DNA of 55,185 bases. It comes from Parcubacteria group bacterium Greene1014_15. Lineage in GTDB: Bacteria; Patescibacteriota; Minisyncoccia; Phycocordibacterales; VMGT01. The notes under the pieces were generated by a model, which worked only from the letters and a program-made list of their open reading frames with translations, was not told where the DNA came from and did not search any database. The translations under genes and the position numbers were made by a program. Location of the stretch: positions 1 through 55,185 of the forward strand of contig VMGT01000001.1 of the NCBI GenBank assembly GCA_007376725.1. The letters run 5' to 3'. Shown one piece after another: positions 15,602 to 23,987 of the stretch. Within the stretch, counting starts at the first letter, position 1. Each line of letters begins with the position of its first letter.

Positions 15602-16367
15602 CCCGTTCGTTTTTGTTTTCTGTATAGGTTTTCATCATACCATCGGCAAAATTTTTGCGCATCTTTTTCACCGCATCATCGCAGAAATCTCTCCTGCGGA
15701 AAACCTTACCAAAAGACAGGTCTTGCACCATCGGTATACATGTTCCTTCATGATACGCAAGAAGAGCGTCTATATAGTTTTCGGTTCCGGCGATAATGGT
15801 CTTGCACCCGAGGCTGTGGCAAGTATCATTCACTGCCGAAGCGGGGCGTATTTGTGTCAATATTGCCCCCGCATCCACCGCAGGCGTTGCGAGATGAATT
15901 GTCGTTCCGACACATTCTGGAAGAGTATCGACCAGCGGCCAAAAATTTGTGCCGGAGCCGCGATAATAGGGGGAAAGTCCCAGATGCATATTCAATATTC
16001 GTTTTTCATAAAAAGAGAGAAGTGGATTTTTTATGATCGAGGTTCCAAATAGCACAATGTATTCCGGATTGCGTGTCTTGATCCACTCGAAAACCTCACG
16101 ACTGTTGGCGCCTTCCCGGGGCATTGTGTAGGTGTCATCAGGCGAAATAACTACGTCCGCGTGGTCGGCAAAATACGTTTCTTCTGCAGCATCACGATCG
16201 CACAGGTGTTCGTCCATAATCGTCTTTTCAGTCTCGATCTCGCTCCTTTTTTGCGCGTTCTCCTTCGCTTCACGAACAAGACCTACAACGGTAAATCGCT
16301 TGGCAAAAGAGTTCACAAGAAAATTATGCCGACGCGCATTGCTTGAAAGAATTGCTATTGTGGGCAT
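15573..16367 (-). CDS. Formyltransferase-family protein (probable sugar N-formyltransferase)
   Basis: ILNMHLGLSPYYRGSGTNFWPL and TTIHLATPAVDAGAIL match the Formyl_trans_N catalytic core (the N..H..D triad region). Confidence 0.78.
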   Translation of the reverse strand: MPTIAILSSNARRHNFLVNSFAKRFTVVGLVREAKENAQKRSEIETEKTIMDEHLCDRDAAEETYFADHADVVISPDDTYTMPREGANSREVFEWIKTRNPEYIVLFGTSIIKNPLLSFYEKRILNMHLGLSPYYRGSGTNFWPLVDTLPECVGTTIHLATPAVDAGAILTQIRPASAVNDTCHSLGCKTIIAGTENYIDALLAYHEGTCIPMVQDLSFGKVFRRRDFCDDAVKKMRKNFADGMMKTYTENKNERDAKYPIISM

Positions 16368-16391
16368 AGAGTATGAAAAGACATTATGACG

Positions 16392-17759
16392 CTAAAGTTG
16401 TCCCAATAAAAACAAACCAATTCGTTCCCCCGATCGTCCATCAGTGAAGACGCACTGCGTTTCAACAAGTCTCATCCGTCCTGCGCGATCAAGTGAGGGG
16501 TCATCGAGATATCTTTTTACAGATGCGCAGAATTCCGACACCGACGACACCAATCGGATGCCACCTGTCGCAACAGCTTTTTTATAATGCTCCATTCCAT
16601 AGTACTGCATGGGCGATTCCCGGAGCATCACCTGTCCTGCGGTAAAACCGATATTGATGACCGGTGTATCAAAAAGCGCTGCGTCAATCGAGATGCTTGA
16701 TACATACGAAACGACAATATCCGCATGATAAAGCGTATCTGCGAGATGCCACACTTCCTTTTTATTCATATCCCAATCAACACTGCGGCTCTTTGTAAAA
16801 CGAACGCCAGGGTAGTCGTAACATAAGTGCGGACGAAGCTTAAGCGCCTTTTGATCAACAAAATCATTCGGCTGAAAGCGAACTAATATGTGCAGATTAT
16901 TACCGAAAGCGCCAGAGGCATTTAAGCCATAGAGCACGTCAATCATTGTCCATTCCAGATTGCTAAAGGCTTTGCCTACAGGAGCATACACCATAAGTTT
17001 TTTCCTCGGATCTGCATGAATATCTTTGAAAAAATCGTCTCTCGATTTTGGCGTATGAATATAGTATTCATCATATTGTGCAATACCCCCCACATAGATA
17101 CGCTCTGGGCTCGCATCGTGTAACTCAATCAGCTCCTGCTTAACAAGAGCATTGTAGACAACAAACCAATCTGGCAACAGACGCAGCATAGAGCGAGAAG
17201 TTGTCTGATCCCACGAATTAATAAGCCCAACACTTTTCACTCCGCGTCTTTTCGCTTCTCGAAGTATGTGTATTTCTTTGTCATCAAAAAGATGGGCAAG
17301 AAAAACAAGATCAGGCATATATGTATCAAAATATTTTGCGTACGTATGTTCTCGTACGAAAAGAAAATCAACGCGCCGAACAAACTTGCGTACGAGTGAA
17401 CGAGCCAAGAACGCATTGGTTATTTTTGCTATCCAGTGCACAAGAAGATTTCTGCCTGAATCCCGCAACATGAAACGTAAAAGATCCGTCGTATCGGTTT
17501 TAAGTAACATAAATTTTAACTTGCCGAAAAACGCATCTATATTTGGCGTATGTTGGGTGCGCACTACTTCGTAGATTAAGCGATCGTTTTGAAACTCTTT
17601 CTTATAATAATCCACACGTTCTTGACTATTGCAAAGAAGAACAATCCGAACACACACATCTTTAAGAAGTGTTTCAAGTATGGAGGTACGCAAAATATTT
17701 TTTGCTTCGACTCCCTGAAATATTGCAATTAAAATCGTTTTTTGCTGTTTGTTTTTCAT
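16392..17759 (-). CDS. Uncharacterised GT-B/TagF-like family protein, paralog 1 of 5
   Basis: 455 aa. It shares LINSWDQTTSRSMLRL, GGIAQYDEY, LVRFQPND, ADIVVSYVSSISIDAALFDTPVINIGF and the C-terminal DGRSGERI with the four other copies. Confidence 0.8.
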   Translation of the reverse strand: MKNKQQKTILIAIFQGVEAKNILRTSILETLLKDVCVRIVLLCNSQERVDYYKKEFQNDRLIYEVVRTQHTPNIDAFFGKLKFMLLKTDTTDLLRFMLRDSGRNLLVHWIAKITNAFLARSLVRKFVRRVDFLFVREHTYAKYFDTYMPDLVFLAHLFDDKEIHILREAKRRGVKSVGLINSWDQTTSRSMLRLLPDWFVVYNALVKQELIELHDASPERIYVGGIAQYDEYYIHTPKSRDDFFKDIHADPRKKLMVYAPVGKAFSNLEWTMIDVLYGLNASGAFGNNLHILVRFQPNDFVDQKALKLRPHLCYDYPGVRFTKSRSVDWDMNKKEVWHLADTLYHADIVVSYVSSISIDAALFDTPVINIGFTAGQVMLRESPMQYYGMEHYKKAVATGGIRLVSSVSEFCASVKRYLDDPSLDRAGRMRLVETQCVFTDGRSGERIGLFLLGQL

Positions 17760-19090
17760 TCTCCAGTATGTGCACGTAAAAAATCTACGAGCACTGCGGC
17801 AAGATTCTGACTTGCCTGTCCCAATAATCCTCCTGTTTGCTCATCAATAATTTTTTTCCTGCCTTCTGCATGCAGGGCAGGATTTACACGATATGCCGCA
17901 AGAGCTTCGCCAAGTTCGTCAGCGCTTTTTACATACCACACACCCTTGCTTGCTAGGATACTCTTAAAATGGTCGTAATCGTAGTAACGCGCAATGCTCT
18001 CCTTGTATAAACGCTTATGCGTACCGTCAAAACCAACGAGAATAACAGGTGTATTAAACAGCGCGGCATCAACACACATCGTTGAAGGACCTGTTACAAC
18101 GATATCAGCGCAGCAAAGCAGGTTTTGCAAATGCATGTCGTCTGCTCTCGAAAGTTCAACAAACTTCCGGCGGGCAAAACGCTGCTTGTCCACCTGTTCA
18201 AAAAAAATACCGTCATGCGCAGAATCCGTGGAAAGACACTGCACAGTATCTGCAACCGGCAATCGCACGATAATGCATTCATCTTTCGAGCGCAGTGATG
18301 CGAGTATGTCAAGGAGCTCGCAGTCCACGGTATTATTCTTAATATAACGGTCACCGGTTGCAATATACAACAGGATTCTTTTTGACAAAGCGGACACATC
18401 GGGCATAAGCTTCTCGTGATCGCAGGTCTTCTGCTCACAATAGGCATCATAGTGTGGAACGCCCACAACTTTTAGTTTGTTGCGCGCTATGCCATGGTAA
18501 GCAATTGCATCAGATTCCGTAAGTTTATTTTGAACAAGGAGCACGTCCGGCACAAGGCGCAAAAGTCCCTTGATCGTCAAATTATCCCACGAACGCACCA
18601 TGCCAATCAAGGGCACTTTTCTCCTTCGTGCTTCATGCATGAGTCGAACATCAATTTCATTTTGCACATCTGTAGAACATACAACATTCGGGGCATATTT
18701 CTTGAATAAGCCATCGAATAAGCCACGAGGTGTCAAAAACAAACTAAGAAACCGTACGAACCAACGGCCAAAATGCGATTGCAGCAGAACAGAAAAATAC
18801 GCGCCTCTCCCATTCATATCCGACATGCGCTTGATTGCTACAGATCGAGTTGCGAGCGCCGCAAGAGAAAGATTCCGCATCCAGATATCACGAGCCGAAA
18901 GAGCAACATCGATACCTTCTACAATAATGCGATCGCCGCCATATTCCTTCTGCATATATACTTCGCTTCTCCTCGGACAAAGAATTACAATTCGCACGTC
19001 CGCTGAAGAAACAAGCCGTTTCGGCACCGATGTCGCAAATATATTTCTCGATATAAGAGGGTGAAAACTTGATATGAATATGGTCTTCAT
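17756..19090 (-). CDS. Uncharacterised GT-B/TagF-like family protein, paralog 2 of 5
   Basis: 444 aa. MKTIFISSFH, MVRSWDNLTIKGLLRL, VGVPHYDAY, IVRLPVAD, ADIVVTGPSTMCVDAALFNTPVILVGF. It has ATGA overlaps with both neighbouring genes. Confidence 0.8.
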   Translation of the reverse strand: MKTIFISSFHPLISRNIFATSVPKRLVSSADVRIVILCPRRSEVYMQKEYGGDRIIVEGIDVALSARDIWMRNLSLAALATRSVAIKRMSDMNGRGAYFSVLLQSHFGRWFVRFLSLFLTPRGLFDGLFKKYAPNVVCSTDVQNEIDVRLMHEARRRKVPLIGMVRSWDNLTIKGLLRLVPDVLLVQNKLTESDAIAYHGIARNKLKVVGVPHYDAYCEQKTCDHEKLMPDVSALSKRILLYIATGDRYIKNNTVDCELLDILASLRSKDECIIVRLPVADTVQCLSTDSAHDGIFFEQVDKQRFARRKFVELSRADDMHLQNLLCCADIVVTGPSTMCVDAALFNTPVILVGFDGTHKRLYKESIARYYDYDHFKSILASKGVWYVKSADELGEALAAYRVNPALHAEGRKKIIDEQTGGLLGQASQNLAAVLVDFLRAHTGE

Positions 19091-20097
19091 GCAGTTGCTT
19101 TTTCTCGTGAAGCATGCATGCCCGTATCGAGAAAAGGTTTATCTTCCCAATTATACACCCACACTCCATCTACTCCCGGACTTGCAAAACGACCTCGATA
19201 ATAGTCACGGTTCAGGAGTTCTGTCGATGTCATTTTTCGCTGTGGCGTACCGAGCAAACTTTGCCATGCGGGTATCTCTTTTTCAACAAGTGTTTTTTGC
19301 TGTTCTTTTGATAGAATTCTAAAATCATTCAATTCTTTAAGAAGCGCAGGTGTGATCGAAACAGGCCCATCTTTTGTTTGATCTTTTTCAAGAATTGTAA
19401 AATGGCGTTCCACAAAATCGGCACCGAGCATAATCGCAACTTTTGCCGCCTTAATGCCATCACGCTCGACATGTGTATGATCCGACCATCCAACTTTATT
19501 TGTAAATGCACGAAGCCATTTCATTCGCGAAAGATTTGCGCTATCAAGCGCATTTGGATAACTCGTCACACAGTGCAAAAAAGAAAACTCTTTACCGAGA
19601 CTCGTTAGCAATTTTGCCGCTTGGCGAATTTCCTCATCATGCGTTGCTCCCGTAGAAACGATAAGGTGCTCGAAATGATCTGCGAGTTCACGCAACATCG
19701 GAAGACTCGCGCAATCATAGCTTGCCACCTTAACAGTCCGTTCCGGCCAAGGCAAACCAGCTATAATCGGAATCGTATGGCGGGAAAAAATTGTCGTTAG
19801 AGGCACGACACCAAACTCCTGACATTTCTCAATGAAAAAAAGGTGATCATCCAAAGAAAGATCGAGCTTTGACAAACGCGCTTTCTCGGCGTTATATGGA
19901 CGCTTAATCGCCTGTACTGTCCCATCAGCAAAAGTGACTCCCTCTTCGAAACGATCCCGCTTTGTTACATCGCTCGAAAATATTGACTGCATTTTCACGT
20001 AGTCCGCGCCACTATCCGCTGCGGCCTTAATCATGCGCCCAAAGAGTTCGCGATCGCCGTTGTGATTCTGGCATAGCTCGACAATAAGTTTTGTCAT
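19087..20097 (-). CDS. NeuB-family (sialic-acid-synthase-like / SpsE-like) aldolase-type synthase, second copy
   Basis: LIVELCQNHNGDRELFGRMIKAAADSGADYVKMQ...VKVASYDC...WSDHT...GADFVERHFT. It is divergent from the 12278-13387 copy and has an atypical C-terminus. Confidence 0.8.
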   Translation of the reverse strand: MTKLIVELCQNHNGDRELFGRMIKAAADSGADYVKMQSIFSSDVTKRDRFEEGVTFADGTVQAIKRPYNAEKARLSKLDLSLDDHLFFIEKCQEFGVVPLTTIFSRHTIPIIAGLPWPERTVKVASYDCASLPMLRELADHFEHLIVSTGATHDEEIRQAAKLLTSLGKEFSFLHCVTSYPNALDSANLSRMKWLRAFTNKVGWSDHTHVERDGIKAAKVAIMLGADFVERHFTILEKDQTKDGPVSITPALLKELNDFRILSKEQQKTLVEKEIPAWQSLLGTPQRKMTSTELLNRDYYRGRFASPGVDGVWVYNWEDKPFLDTGMHASREKATA

Positions 20098-20107
20098 ACA
20101 AAAAAAA

Positions 20108-21286
20108 TTAGTTAATCGATAAAAAATCTTTCACAAATATCTCCGCGCACACTTGATTTCCATCAAGTGTTCCCCATCGTTTTAGTATTTTCTCACGCAT
20201 CTCTGCATACTTCTTTCGCACCACATCTCCTTTTGCAAGTATCTCCGCAAGCGGTTGCCCGCGATACACCGTTCCGAAACCAAGCTCCTCAACCATTTTG
20301 TTATTGAAATAAATTTCAGGATCATCCAGCGGATCAAAGTCAGGCACCAGAATCGGTGTTCCGCAAAGCATGGACAGCCACACCGACCCCCACCCTGAAC
20401 GCGCAAAGTGAAGGACAATATTTTTGTTCAGTCCGTGATTCGGTGAAAATCGCTGAACACTCCCCGGCACGCTGTCTAAATCATTCGCATAGAGCCGTAG
20501 TCCAAAATCCCGCGCCTCCCTGTATAACCTTTCTAACCCCGGAATTCCTGTGACGGTTACAAATATCCCCGGTTCTATTTCTTCGTTATTCTGAATCATA
20601 CGCGCATCGCGAATCGGTGGCACAAGAATTTCCGAAGGATATTTGGGAAGATATGATTCTCTTCCGGAAAAAGTGCCGGGAAACGCAACAGCATGCACAC
20701 GCTGTTCTTTTTCAATAGAATGAGCAACCTCGATTCCTCGTTCAAGCACTGCAGGTTCTACATTCACCTTTGTTCTTCCAGCCTCGAGTGCGCCGCGAAG
20801 AATGTCTTCGATATATCCAAACGTTGTAAAGTATGACGGCGCCACGCCAAAGCGAATTCTTGGCGAGCGATTGATCTCAACGACAATGTTTTTACCTTCG
20901 ATTGAAACATGCTCGCCAGAAAGCGTCTGGGCATCGATTATCCCCGAAAGGTGCTCGCGCGCTTGTTTCGAAACTTCTTGTGCGGTACGCACCCACACAG
21001 CAAGAGCAACTGTATATGTATTGTCCCCATAAAAAACACTTCGCAAAATACCGCCAAGTTTTTCATCAAGAAGCAATTCACCTGGATATTTTTTTTCGTG
21101 TTCGCCAAATTCCTCGAGCATAATACACCTCTGCTTTTCTCCATACACCCATGGGATAAGACAAACGAGTCGTGGGCGGCCTTCCCGTTCAAGAACGTCG
21201 TTGAATGCAAGTGCGAGCTCGGTCGTACGCAGAAAAGGACCAATGCCATACGCAAAATTTGTCACGAGCAGTTGCTGTGATGTCAT
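20108..21286 (-). CDS. Hypothetical GT-B glycosyltransferase-like protein (GT1/GT28-type C-terminal motif)
   Basis: 392 aa. The C-terminal HFARSGWGSVWLSMLCGTPILVPDFDP..DPEIYFNNKMVEELGFG resembles the GT1/GT28 nucleotide-sugar-binding motif (H.G.G...E....G.P....P...DQ..N). I do not recognise the N-terminal half. Confidence 0.45.
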   Translation of the reverse strand: MTSQQLLVTNFAYGIGPFLRTTELALAFNDVLEREGRPRLVCLIPWVYGEKQRCIMLEEFGEHEKKYPGELLLDEKLGGILRSVFYGDNTYTVALAVWVRTAQEVSKQAREHLSGIIDAQTLSGEHVSIEGKNIVVEINRSPRIRFGVAPSYFTTFGYIEDILRGALEAGRTKVNVEPAVLERGIEVAHSIEKEQRVHAVAFPGTFSGRESYLPKYPSEILVPPIRDARMIQNNEEIEPGIFVTVTGIPGLERLYREARDFGLRLYANDLDSVPGSVQRFSPNHGLNKNIVLHFARSGWGSVWLSMLCGTPILVPDFDPLDDPEIYFNNKMVEELGFGTVYRGQPLAEILAKGDVVRKKYAEMREKILKRWGTLDGNQVCAEIFVKDFLSIN

Positions 21287-21295
21287 AGGATAGTA

Positions 21296-23050
21296 TCAGA
21301 GCCTTCGATATGAGATTCCTTTCGTCTTGAGAACCTCCTCTTTATTATACAACGCCCACGTGTCAAAAAGAGCAGCGCCGATATGCGCTTTTGTCATGAG
21401 CGAGCGCACAGAAAGTTCTTCAAGTGCCGGATGGTTATTCATGACGAGGACAGCATCCGCATTTTGAAAACCGTCTTCAACTTTCCGCACAACCTTCACG
21501 CCAAGTTGCTCAATTTCTTCCTTCGAAACAACGGGGTCATACCCATGTATATTTGCATATCCCCGTTCAACCAAATACTTTGCGAGCGCGACCGTCGTCG
21601 AGCCGCGCAGATCAGACGTTGGCGGATTTCCCTTGAACGCAAAGCCAAGAATAAAAATTTTGGATTTCTGTTTCGATGTGAGATAATCAAGATGCTTGAT
21701 CACATCTTCCGCGAGATTTGTAAGAATCGTTTCATTTACTCGCCGCGCATATTCAAAAAGTTTCGGTTCATATCCGACAACCCGCGCTCCATATGCAAAA
21801 ATAAGCGGATCCTTCACGAGACAATAACCGCCAACTCCTGGAGAAGGCTTGGGTACATTACTGCGAGCGTATCCCATGTTGGCTGCCTCGATTACTTTAT
21901 TCGTATCAATATTCCACTTCTGGCATACCATAGAGACTTCGTTCGCAAAAGCAAACGTCACGTCCCGATACGTGTTGTTGATAAGTTTCACCGCCTCCGC
22001 TTCTTCTGTCGAATCAACGACCGCAAGAGATTTTGTCATCATACTGAAAATGCTTGCCGCAAGGTTGCTACTCGCCTGATTGATACCGCCGATCACCTGC
22101 GGCAGGGTCCGCAACTCCGCAAGCGCCTTTCCTTCAATCGTTCTCTCTGGAGCAAAGACCGCAAAGAAACCTTCTCCACCGCGAAGCCCCGACGCAGCTT
22201 CAAGAATTGGAACAATTATATTTCTCGTCGTTCCGAGTGGCACAGTCGAACGCAGAATCACAATATCACCACGCTTAAGAACTTTGCCAATATTGCGTGC
22301 GGCATCTTTAAGATACGTCATATCGGGGACATTGTCTTCGCCAATCGGCGTTCCAACAGCAATGAAATATACATCGCATCTGTTGTTCAATTCAAAATTT
22401 TCGCTCACAACAAATTTTTTACCAACGTGATCCTGAAGCAACACATCAATCCCTTCTTCATAAAAAGGAGTTTTTTTCTGCTTGATACTATCGCGCGTCC
22501 TCTCGTTCACATCGACACCAACAACTTTAAATCCAAGGTCAGCAAGTGTCAGAGCGAGTGTTAAACCCACATACCCAAGTCCGGCGACACCGATCCTCTT
22601 GAAACGTACGTCGCTTCCCTGCCAGAGATCATAAAAAGAAAGAACATCGGTCACACGTTTTGCTTCGTCCACCATAATGATCTTATCGTAACGATGCTCG
22701 TGCACACCGCGATTCCTAATTTCCTCATTCACAAGAGAAAAAATGCCGGCATTGTCCATCGGACCAACAATTACAAAAGCATCTTTATTCATAATATCCG
22801 CAAGCGGCGCTGTGATGCGCGCGCCTTTCGCAAGAGCTCGGCGAATATCACCATCTGTCACTAGGCCGAGGAGCTTACCACTCGTCTCTGTCACGAGCGC
22901 AATTCCCGCCGGAATATTTGTCTCCTTTGGATTATTCTTCGTCATAGCACGCAAAGCATCTTTGACTAATGCCGTTCGCCGCAAACTAATATCGCGGATA
23001 TTTTTTTCTTTTTTTGAAAGCAATGCAACGTTTTGTACAATTGTTGCCAT
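21296..23050 (-). CDS. CBS-pair domain fused to a UDP-glucose/GDP-mannose-dehydrogenase-family nucleotide-sugar dehydrogenase
   Basis: The N-terminal ~150 aa has CBS-like repeats (GIALVTETSGKLLGLVTDGDIRRAL...IIMVDEAKRVTDVLSFYDL). This is followed by IGVAGLGYVGLTLAL, FIAVGTP, the catalytic-Cys region GVGGYCLVKDP and GFAFKGNPPTSDLRGS. Confidence 0.88.
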   Translation of the reverse strand: MATIVQNVALLSKKEKNIRDISLRRTALVKDALRAMTKNNPKETNIPAGIALVTETSGKLLGLVTDGDIRRALAKGARITAPLADIMNKDAFVIVGPMDNAGIFSLVNEEIRNRGVHEHRYDKIIMVDEAKRVTDVLSFYDLWQGSDVRFKRIGVAGLGYVGLTLALTLADLGFKVVGVDVNERTRDSIKQKKTPFYEEGIDVLLQDHVGKKFVVSENFELNNRCDVYFIAVGTPIGEDNVPDMTYLKDAARNIGKVLKRGDIVILRSTVPLGTTRNIIVPILEAASGLRGGEGFFAVFAPERTIEGKALAELRTLPQVIGGINQASSNLAASIFSMMTKSLAVVDSTEEAEAVKLINNTYRDVTFAFANEVSMVCQKWNIDTNKVIEAANMGYARSNVPKPSPGVGGYCLVKDPLIFAYGARVVGYEPKLFEYARRVNETILTNLAEDVIKHLDYLTSKQKSKIFILGFAFKGNPPTSDLRGSTTVALAKYLVERGYANIHGYDPVVSKEEIEQLGVKVVRKVEDGFQNADAVLVMNNHPALEELSVRSLMTKAHIGAALFDTWALYNKEEVLKTKGISYRRL

Positions 23051-23051
23051 A

Positions 23052-23843
23052 TTATTTTTTATTAAGCCTCATGTTCTTTAAAACCGCCTCAGCCGTCCAA
23101 AAATCAATAATACTATTCATATCAACCGATTTTTCAGAAGGCATTACATACGGCAACACATGGTCGCCAAACACACGTCCGTGTTCCATGATAACTTCGC
23201 GCCTGGAAGCGTAGAGTCCACCGTTACGCCAATACACAGGCGGGAGATCCTGACGTCGCACTGTTGAGCGTTCTTCAAGACCTTCGACATACTGAACTAA
23301 CCTGCCATCGGTAATTTTTTTCAATTTGATTGGATGATATTCATTAACCTGACACACACTCACAATGGACTGCGCATTAGATTGCAAAAGCATTCTAAGC
23401 GCCCTATCTATATCTTCGCTTGATACAAAGGGTGTCGTAACATGTAGTTGCACGACATAATCAAACATGCACTTCTCGATTTTCTCGACTGCTTTTACCG
23501 CATGTTGCAACATCGGCACATCGGGCGTTTTGTCCAGCGCGAGCTTTTTCGGACGCCGGAGTAATACCTCATTGCCACCATATTTCTTCGCGATGCGCAG
23601 GATTTCATCATCTTCAGACGAAACAACAACACGGTCAAGCAATACGCTCCCGAGAGCTGCAGTAAGCATATAATACAGCAATGGCTTTCCTCCCAAAAGT
23701 TTGATGTTTTTGCGGGGAACACTTTTTGAACCGCCGCGTGCAGGAATAACACCAAGAATGAGAGGCTTCTTTGCCTCCTCTCCTCCTGTTTTCTTGTGAG
23801 ATGTTATTTTTGTTATTTTTGTATTCGTATAGTGCATACACAC
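23052..23843 (-). CDS. Acylneuraminate cytidylyltransferase-family protein, second copy
   Basis: ILGVIPARGGSKSVPRKNIKLLGGKPLLYYML...VSSEDDEI...LHVTTPF. The N-terminal ~25 residues are of uncertain reality. Confidence 0.87.
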   Translation of the reverse strand: MCMHYTNTKITKITSHKKTGGEEAKKPLILGVIPARGGSKSVPRKNIKLLGGKPLLYYMLTAALGSVLLDRVVVSSEDDEILRIAKKYGGNEVLLRRPKKLALDKTPDVPMLQHAVKAVEKIEKCMFDYVVQLHVTTPFVSSEDIDRALRMLLQSNAQSIVSVCQVNEYHPIKLKKITDGRLVQYVEGLEERSTVRRQDLPPVYWRNGGLYASRREVIMEHGRVFGDHVLPYVMPSEKSVDMNSIIDFWTAEAVLKNMRLNKK

Positions 23844-23987
23844 CTGTAGCGGACTTCTGTGCTTCTGTTAAAACATGCTCACTATACCATAACCTTGTAT
23901 AACTCATAAAAGATACGTTGTAATTCCTCAAATTTTGACTTCTCTGTCAGAGAACGGTATGATTGGCACACTTTTTGCCCAGCCGGT

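Noticed and set aside
21383-22564. 393-aa plus-strand ORF.
   Set aside because: It is entirely antisense to the strongly recognisable CBS-dehydrogenase gene. Its translation is R/K/F/I/N-rich and low-complexity with no motifs, which is typical of a shadow ORF.
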